DNA of 64,000 nucleotides from an uncultured bacterium (GTDB lineage Bacteria; Verrucomicrobiota; Kiritimatiellia; RFP12; UBA1067): NCBI GenBank assembly GCA_902770045.1, contig CACXRO010000017.1, positions 9,369 to 73,368 of the forward strand, read 5' to 3'. Shown piece by piece: positions 58,666 to 64,000 of this stretch (position 1 is its first letter; each line of letters starts with the position of its first letter). The notes under the pieces were generated by a model. It saw only the letters and a program-made list of their open reading frames with translations, ran no database searches and was not told where the DNA came from. The position numbers and the translations under genes were made by a program.

Positions 58666-59262
58666 ATGAGAAACAAGTATTTAACAATTCTTTCCGAGGC
58701 CTTAAAAAGATTCTATGTGAATGATGCAAAGAGTTTGTTTGGAAATAATAAGCAAATTGACGAGCGAGCTATGGTTGGTTGCATATATCGTTATATGTGG
58801 AATATTCTTGAACAGCAAAAGTCATTGGTAGGGCAAATATGTGATATAGATATAGAATATGACAGAATGAATGGTTGTCATGGAGACGAGATAAAAAAAC
58901 ACATGAGCATCGTCGTGGAGCATTGTTCAAAATGTACGCATAAAGAATCGTGTTTTGAATTAATAAAACGGTATATGAAAGAGGACCAAAAGACTTATGA
59001 CTTTAGACCCGATATAATATTGCACAAACGAGGCGTTTGTTCGCGGGGAGGGAATTTCATGGTTGTTGAAGTAAAGAAAGATAATTCGGCAGCCGAAAGG
59101 ATAAAGTTTGATGAAGCGAAGGTTAGATATTGTACTTGTGATACGGCACCACTTCGCTACTCAATTGGCGCGACTGTAGTGCTTGCCGAAAGCGGCGCGA
59201 TGGTGCGTCCTTTTACGAGCAAAGGGCGAGGCAAAACATTTTGTGTGCATATCAACAAGTAA
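58666..59262 (+). CDS. Putative PD-(D/E)XK nuclease
   Basis: DIDIEYDR, FRPDIILHKRG, NFMVVEVKK. Confidence 0.6.
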   Translation: MRNKYLTILSEALKRFYVNDAKSLFGNNKQIDERAMVGCIYRYMWNILEQQKSLVGQICDIDIEYDRMNGCHGDEIKKHMSIVVEHCSKCTHKESCFELIKRYMKEDQKTYDFRPDIILHKRGVCSRGGNFMVVEVKKDNSAAERIKFDEAKVRYCTCDTAPLRYSIGATVVLAESGAMVRPFTSKGRGKTFCVHINK

Positions 59263-59293
59263 TTTTCTGCAGCGCATCGGGAATGTTGATACT

Positions 59294-59968
59294 ATGGACG
59301 ACAAGACACCATATCTCTATGGCGATGGCGAAGTTGAGGTCTTGGACGAACAGGAATTTGCACAAATTCGTTCGGAGGCGGAGCGAGGTTATGCCGAGGC
59401 GCAATATGCGCTTGGGCTTGTCTTGGCGAGACGTGATGGCGTAAAACATGGCGATTGGGCTGAAGCTGTGAAGTGGTATCTGCTCGCGGCGGAGCAAGGC
59501 TACGCGGCGGCTCAACATGAGATGGGCGTTCTTTGCGCTGTTGGCGCTGGAATGAGGAAAGAACCGAAGGCGGCGGCAGGGTGGTATCGAAAAGCGGCAG
59601 AACAAGGATATTCAATGTCGCAGTTTGAACTTGCGCATTGCTATGCGGTTGGGTTTGGTGTTGAAATGGATGTCGCGGAGTCGTTAAAGTGGTTGAAATG
59701 CGCGGCGACCAATGGCAATGCAATGGCTCAAGCACAGTTAGGTTCTTGTTATGCAAACGGAGATGGCGTCGCTAAAGACTTAGCGATTGGATTGATGTGG
59801 CTACGCAAAGCCGCCGATCAGGGTGAGCCATCTGCGCTGTATAACCTTGCCCTGATGTATGCTCGCGGCAACGGCGTGGGAAAAGATGAGGACGAGGCCT
59901 ACAGGCTTCTGCGCTTGTCGGCTGAACAGGGCTTTGAGCTGGCAATGAAAATAGTAGGAGATATATGA
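59294..59968 (+). CDS. Sel1-like repeat (SLR) protein
   Basis: Repeated AQY.LG...Y..G.GV..D..EA.KWY..AAEQG. Confidence 0.92.
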   Translation: MDDKTPYLYGDGEVEVLDEQEFAQIRSEAERGYAEAQYALGLVLARRDGVKHGDWAEAVKWYLLAAEQGYAAAQHEMGVLCAVGAGMRKEPKAAAGWYRKAAEQGYSMSQFELAHCYAVGFGVEMDVAESLKWLKCAATNGNAMAQAQLGSCYANGDGVAKDLAIGLMWLRKAADQGEPSALYNLALMYARGNGVGKDEDEAYRLLRLSAEQGFELAMKIVGDI

Positions 59969-60013
59969 TGGAACAGTGAACTCAAAACGAGGCAACTAAA
60001 GGAGAAAGATGAT

Positions 60014-62257
60014 ATGTTGAGGCTCGTAGTTATATTTGCAACAATCTCGACTAGCTTGATTCTTCCTTTTAATGCAAACGCATGGATGGATGAATGGGCA
60101 CCCGCTTTTAAGGGTGATCCTGTAGAGGTTCAAGTGTTGCCGGAAGCAACAGTGAGCAATTTCGTATGCTCTGTAAAGAAAGGAGACATTGATTGGGACT
60201 TTGACAATTGGGAGTATTGCAAAGGCTATTCCATAGATCTGAATGGCGATGGCATAAAAGATAGCTTATTCATCGTTCCTTGGTTCGGAAATGGTGCCCT
60301 AGCCGGCTACAGCTATGAGGCACATTTCAGAGTTTCCACCGGATCAAAAAGCTGGGTGGATACAGCTATAGAATGTCTTGGCAATACGAAAGCCGACTTG
60401 GTGGAAGTTGCTGGAACAATATATTTTCGACACTCGATGATCTACGGCGGATTTGAAAAGAGCCAGCACAATCACTTTGTTCATCAGTTGTTTTCATTTG
60501 ACAAGAGCGGTGCTATGGTGTGTCGCAATGGCGATTTTGGCAAGCTGTTTCCTGCTGTGACGATATATTACATCAATCCGAAGTTCAAGCAAATCGAACT
60601 TACAAAAAAGGACTTGAGAGAAATTGAGGACAAAACGAAGAGCATTGTCCGACAGATCCAGCAATCCGCTAGGGCGACCAAAGAAGGCTTTGACTTCCTC
60701 AACTATAGGTATCTGTGGAATGATGATGCCGAGAAAGCAAGGATGATCATAAACCCTGCATCAAAGAAAAAGGAGGCAGACGACTGGAAGCCGAGACGAA
60801 AACTTACAGAGGCTGAATGCACTAAACTGATACGAATTATGACTGATCGCTTTGGTGAGCCAGCGAAGTGTCGAAACGGATATGCCTCTTTTGTGTACGT
60901 TTGGCGCTTTGAGGGTGACGAATGGCTGTCGGTGGGGGTTGGCACAATGGCCAACATGGGAGGCGATCCGATTGCGATTTTCCATTGGGACTGGAGAAAG
61001 CCAGAACTTTCCGTACACGACGAAGAAGAAGCAAAGGCAAGAGAGTATCCAATCGTTCAAATAGACAAGGAAGGATTGCCCCCAGCGGCATTCTTTGAGT
61101 TCTTCAACCCATATCCGAGCATCAAGGACGGTGAAACGGAAAAGAATCTTATCACGGAATTCAATGTGACCAAATATTTGGAAACGTCCGACTATACAAG
61201 ATGCACTGCGGAATGGGACGCTGTTGAGCGTAGATACGACATTTATACCGAGCATCCAGATAAATGGCGTAGTGAATATGATGCTTGCAAGGGCAGTCCT
61301 CATGGCGGGCATACAAACGAATATCATGTTGGTGTTGTACAGTTCTATAAACTCGCTTCGGATTTGTATATGTGCTATTCCTTGTTTGTCCAAGATGGAA
61401 CCATGGGGCCGGATCGAGTGCGTTATCTTTTTGAGGTGTATGACCGGGACATCTGGTCGGTTGATTCCGATAAACCCATAAGATCAAAGTTGGTGCGCTA
61501 TCTTGGAGCAATCCCGATTAATGAGGTGATGAGGTTTCGTTTAGAATGGATAGATCGAAAGAATATAAAGAGCCGTCCGAGAATCTGTGAAATATTAGCA
61601 CAAGGATACGGGAAGCCATTTTCGGAAGAACGTGCCGCCTTGCTTGGGTCGCCGTACAATTCTTCTCCTAGGAATGCAAAACTCCTTGCTGAATCTGGTG
61701 CACTTGCTCTCTTCTCTGGCGAAACCGCCCAGGATTCTGCGTACAATGAGAAGAGTACATTCGACACGCGCAATTCACTCTTCTTGCGGCTGCGAAGGAA
61801 CGGGGTGTATGAGTGGCGAATGCTACTCACAACGGGTTCCGATTGGCGCGAGGTTGACGGGATGAGCGAGTGGTGTTCCATCCATGCAGGACTCGTTAAG
61901 TCTTGTTTTCACGTCTATCGTGCGTCCTTTGCGTCAGATGGTCATCGTTTGTGGCTGGTCTGCGGATCGAATTTTGCCACCTTTACCGTGGTCTGTTCAT
62001 ACGATGCAAATGCAAACACTCTTCGCGTACTCATCGACGGAGATACTGCTGACGAGCAGCCAGACGGTACGATTCTTGTCAAGGGGAAGAAGACTTTCCT
62101 CAACGATGAGAATGGCAAATTCCTCGGCGCAAGATGGTATGACGCATGGATCGATCCAGATGGTAAGATCGTTAAAAAAGGTAAATTGATGACTATTGAA
62201 GAGTTGATGGAGGGGGCGGAATTTGTACCGAATGAGGAGGTTCAAAATGGACAATGA
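60014..62257 (+). CDS. Large secreted hypothetical multidomain protein
   Basis: Signal peptide ending ANA; DLNGDGIKD Ca-binding-like motif; 747 aa. Confidence 0.6.
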   Translation: MLRLVVIFATISTSLILPFNANAWMDEWAPAFKGDPVEVQVLPEATVSNFVCSVKKGDIDWDFDNWEYCKGYSIDLNGDGIKDSLFIVPWFGNGALAGYSYEAHFRVSTGSKSWVDTAIECLGNTKADLVEVAGTIYFRHSMIYGGFEKSQHNHFVHQLFSFDKSGAMVCRNGDFGKLFPAVTIYYINPKFKQIELTKKDLREIEDKTKSIVRQIQQSARATKEGFDFLNYRYLWNDDAEKARMIINPASKKKEADDWKPRRKLTEAECTKLIRIMTDRFGEPAKCRNGYASFVYVWRFEGDEWLSVGVGTMANMGGDPIAIFHWDWRKPELSVHDEEEAKAREYPIVQIDKEGLPPAAFFEFFNPYPSIKDGETEKNLITEFNVTKYLETSDYTRCTAEWDAVERRYDIYTEHPDKWRSEYDACKGSPHGGHTNEYHVGVVQFYKLASDLYMCYSLFVQDGTMGPDRVRYLFEVYDRDIWSVDSDKPIRSKLVRYLGAIPINEVMRFRLEWIDRKNIKSRPRICEILAQGYGKPFSEERAALLGSPYNSSPRNAKLLAESGALALFSGETAQDSAYNEKSTFDTRNSLFLRLRRNGVYEWRMLLTTGSDWREVDGMSEWCSIHAGLVKSCFHVYRASFASDGHRLWLVCGSNFATFTVVCSYDANANTLRVLIDGDTADEQPDGTILVKGKKTFLNDENGKFLGARWYDAWIDPDGKIVKKGKLMTIEELMEGAEFVPNEEVQNGQ

Positions 62258-62600
62258 TGCTAGTGAACCATGTGCAATTTCAATCCCGTGCATGCCGCTC
62301 TTTGCTTGTACCATGCAACAAGAACCTCTGTCGTTTTTGTTTCACCGATGGAATTTTTGCCTTCGAGTAAGACATTGGATGCAGGATAACGATAAAGCAG
62401 AATCGTTGATCGATCAGTGCCAACAGGCAATATCTAGCAATGATGAACTCTCTTTTAGAAAGCTGGTTCCACAACTCGAGGACTGTATTGATAAACAGAA
62501 GTTAAAAGCTATGGCTAATATCAGATGGAGCGGGCAGTCGATAGAGGATGTGAGGGAGATGGCAATTCGTATGATTGACGAAGGGACTCTTCATGCGTGA
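62247..62600 (+). CDS. Small hypothetical protein
   Basis: RBS GAGGAGG; overlaps the upstream stop. Confidence 0.4.
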   Translation: MDNDASEPCAISIPCMPLFACTMQQEPLSFLFHRWNFCLRVRHWMQDNDKAESLIDQCQQAISSNDELSFRKLVPQLEDCIDKQKLKAMANIRWSGQSIEDVREMAIRMIDEGTLHA

Positions 62601-62905
62601 GGATTCTTACGAGGCCGCTGGCGTGTTGGTCTCTTTGGTGTCGCTTTCAATGAATCATTAAAAAGTGGTGTATAATGGATAATGTACTTCAGCGGCTATA
62701 GTGGTCGTGTTATCCGACTTTTAGGATAAATGATGTCGGCATAGAATAGGTGCAATGTAAAAGTCTTAGTCCGCGACCCTTTGCATGGATAGCGCGAAGG
62801 GTCGCGGCGTTTCTTGTGATGGGCGCGGCGCCTAGGAATAGGAACAAAAGGGTCCCTTCCGTATATGATTAACTGTATAAGCATAGTGTTGAATGTGCGC
62901 AACCA

Positions 62906-62965
62906 TCGCGGCACTTTGCGCGGCAGTTTACGCGGCACTTTCCGCGGCAGTTTGCGCGGCAGTTT
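62906..62965 (+). repeat. Five tandem 12-mers (N)CGCGGCA(G/C)TTT
   Basis: Read directly from the sequence, upstream of the lipoprotein gene. Confidence 0.95.
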
Positions 62966-62987
62966 GACAGGCAGAAATGGAGGAGAA

Positions 62988-63596
62988 ATGAAACACTCGA
63001 AGTTGGTTCTTGGTTTGGTCATGTTGCTCTCCGCGGCAGTTTTGGTTGGATGTGGCGAGAAGAAGGCGGCAAGCTCGTCGGTTGCCGAGAAGCCCAAGTT
63101 CGGCATCGCCGCGATGTCGGACGAGGACAAGGCTTACTTTGCTTTCAGCTTCACGACGCTGGGCACGGTGCCATACGGGAAGATCATGCCAGAAAGCCTG
63201 TTCAACAACCTGCTGTGCGGACAGAAGCTTCAGGAGGGCCAGCAGTTTGTTGCGTTCGGGGCGCCGGAGAAGGGCATGAAGCAGAATGCCAAATATCCGG
63301 AATGGCTGCGGGTCAAGAAGCTGATGGTGGAGGTGCCGACGCGGCGCATAGTCTGCGCGAGGGGCCGTGCTGGCCCGTTTGCCAGCAAAGCGGCGGTGCA
63401 GGCGTATCTCGATGCGGAGATTCGTCCGGGCCTCAACAGCGAGATCTATGTCACGAAGATCGCGGAACCCGACGCAGACGAGGCGTTGCGGGTTCTCTGC
63501 GAGTCGAATTTCCGCACCGAGTATTCGCTGAGCATCGCCCTGACCGAAGTCACCACAAACGAGTTCTGGATCGACACCGTCGCCATCGCCCAATAA
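62988..63596 (+). CDS. Hypothetical lipoprotein
   Basis: RBS GGAGGAG, lipobox VLVGC; bracketed by 12-mer arrays. Confidence 0.75.
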   Translation: MKHSKLVLGLVMLLSAAVLVGCGEKKAASSSVAEKPKFGIAAMSDEDKAYFAFSFTTLGTVPYGKIMPESLFNNLLCGQKLQEGQQFVAFGAPEKGMKQNAKYPEWLRVKKLMVEVPTRRIVCARGRAGPFASKAAVQAYLDAEIRPGLNSEIYVTKIAEPDADEALRVLCESNFRTEYSLSIALTEVTTNEFWIDTVAIAQ

Positions 63597-63665
63597 CCGC
63601 GGCACTTTCCGCGGCAGTTTGCGCGGCAGTTTGCGCGGCAGTTTGCGCGGCAGTTTGCGCGGCGG
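63597..63665 (+). repeat. Five and a partial tandem 12-mers CGCGGCAGTTTG
   Basis: Array begins at the base after the stop codon. Confidence 0.95.
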
Positions 63666-63789
63666 AGGTCCTCCCCATACGCCGTAGCGGATGTGTGACG
63701 AACTGAACGGTGCTTTAGAATGGTAATTACTATTCTAAAATATTCTTTAGAATGGCAATTAACTCTGAGCAGTACGATTTTGAAGCAGT

Positions 63790-63855
63790 GGGGACAGACC
63801 TCGGGGCAGGTACGGGACTGTCCCTGCAGCACCTCCGGGGACAGTCCCCGCGGCA
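63790..63855. repeat. Cluster of REP-like GGGACAG/CTGTCCC palindromes
   Basis: GGGGACAGACC, GGGACTGTCCC and GGGGACAGTCCCC in succession. Confidence 0.6.
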
Positions 63856-64000
63856 CCTCCGCCGGACGCGGGGACGCCGAGATTGGCGTCGAGACGAGCG
63901 AGGAGTTCAAAACGCTCCTCGTCCGCCGGCAGAAGCGACTCTCGCAGTCGGCCCAGGCGACCGCGGCATATCGCTCGGCGCCGGATTGCTGACCTATTTT

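Noticed and set aside
62247-62600. Hsp70-like C-terminal fragment
   Set aside because: The resemblance is limited to one short helical segment, which is not enough to call.
62906-63665. 12-mer arrays as a CRISPR array
   Set aside because: Units are contiguous with no unique spacers, are too short, and there are no cas genes in the window.

Overview
Bacterial genomic window. The high-GC housekeeping backbone (by eye ~70% GC) and the recurring TGGTATAAT promoter motif resemble Kiritimatiellota/PVC-superphylum genomes; the taxon is an inference. Backbone genes: corA, a PP-loop tRNA thiolase, murI, an EamA transporter, a CE15 esterase, a DAACS symporter, mfd, pth, a GT2-GtrA fusion, an NhaC-family transporter, pqiC-mlaEFD, gap (frameshifted), pal, tatBC, trkH, rsmE, tatD, a D-aminoacylase, uvrA, rho, a guaA ATPPase subunit, a capD-like gene and a DUF4886-GH78 fusion. 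Three lower-GC accessory zones interrupt the backbone, and no integrase or transposase is visible anywhere in the window. (1) 3.9-10.3 kb: a tandem cassette array in which each cassette (RhuM-like gene; DUF4417 plus a toxin/immunity-like pair; a PabI-type restriction-glycosylase R-M system) is headed by a copy of the same hairpin + promoter + structured-leader repeat. (2) 32.3-43.3 kb: a hypervariable island between uvrA and the D-aminoacylase gene. It contains stranded copies of both flanking genes, polymorphic transglutaminase-like effector/partner modules sharing a linker motif, and an internally deleted AbiEii toxin. (3) 54.6-64 kb: a fic gene bracketed by ~270-290 bp promoter/signal-peptide repeats, followed by unknown low-GC genes. 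A family of short dispersed repeats (a 12-mer CGCGGCAGTTTG, 8-9-mer tandems, GGGACTGTCCCC palindromes) marks many boundaries and also sits in frame inside uvrA, rsmE, tatD, the D-aminoacylase gene and tatB. No rRNA, tRNA or CRISPR array was recognised. All family assignments come from motif recognition, not database searches.
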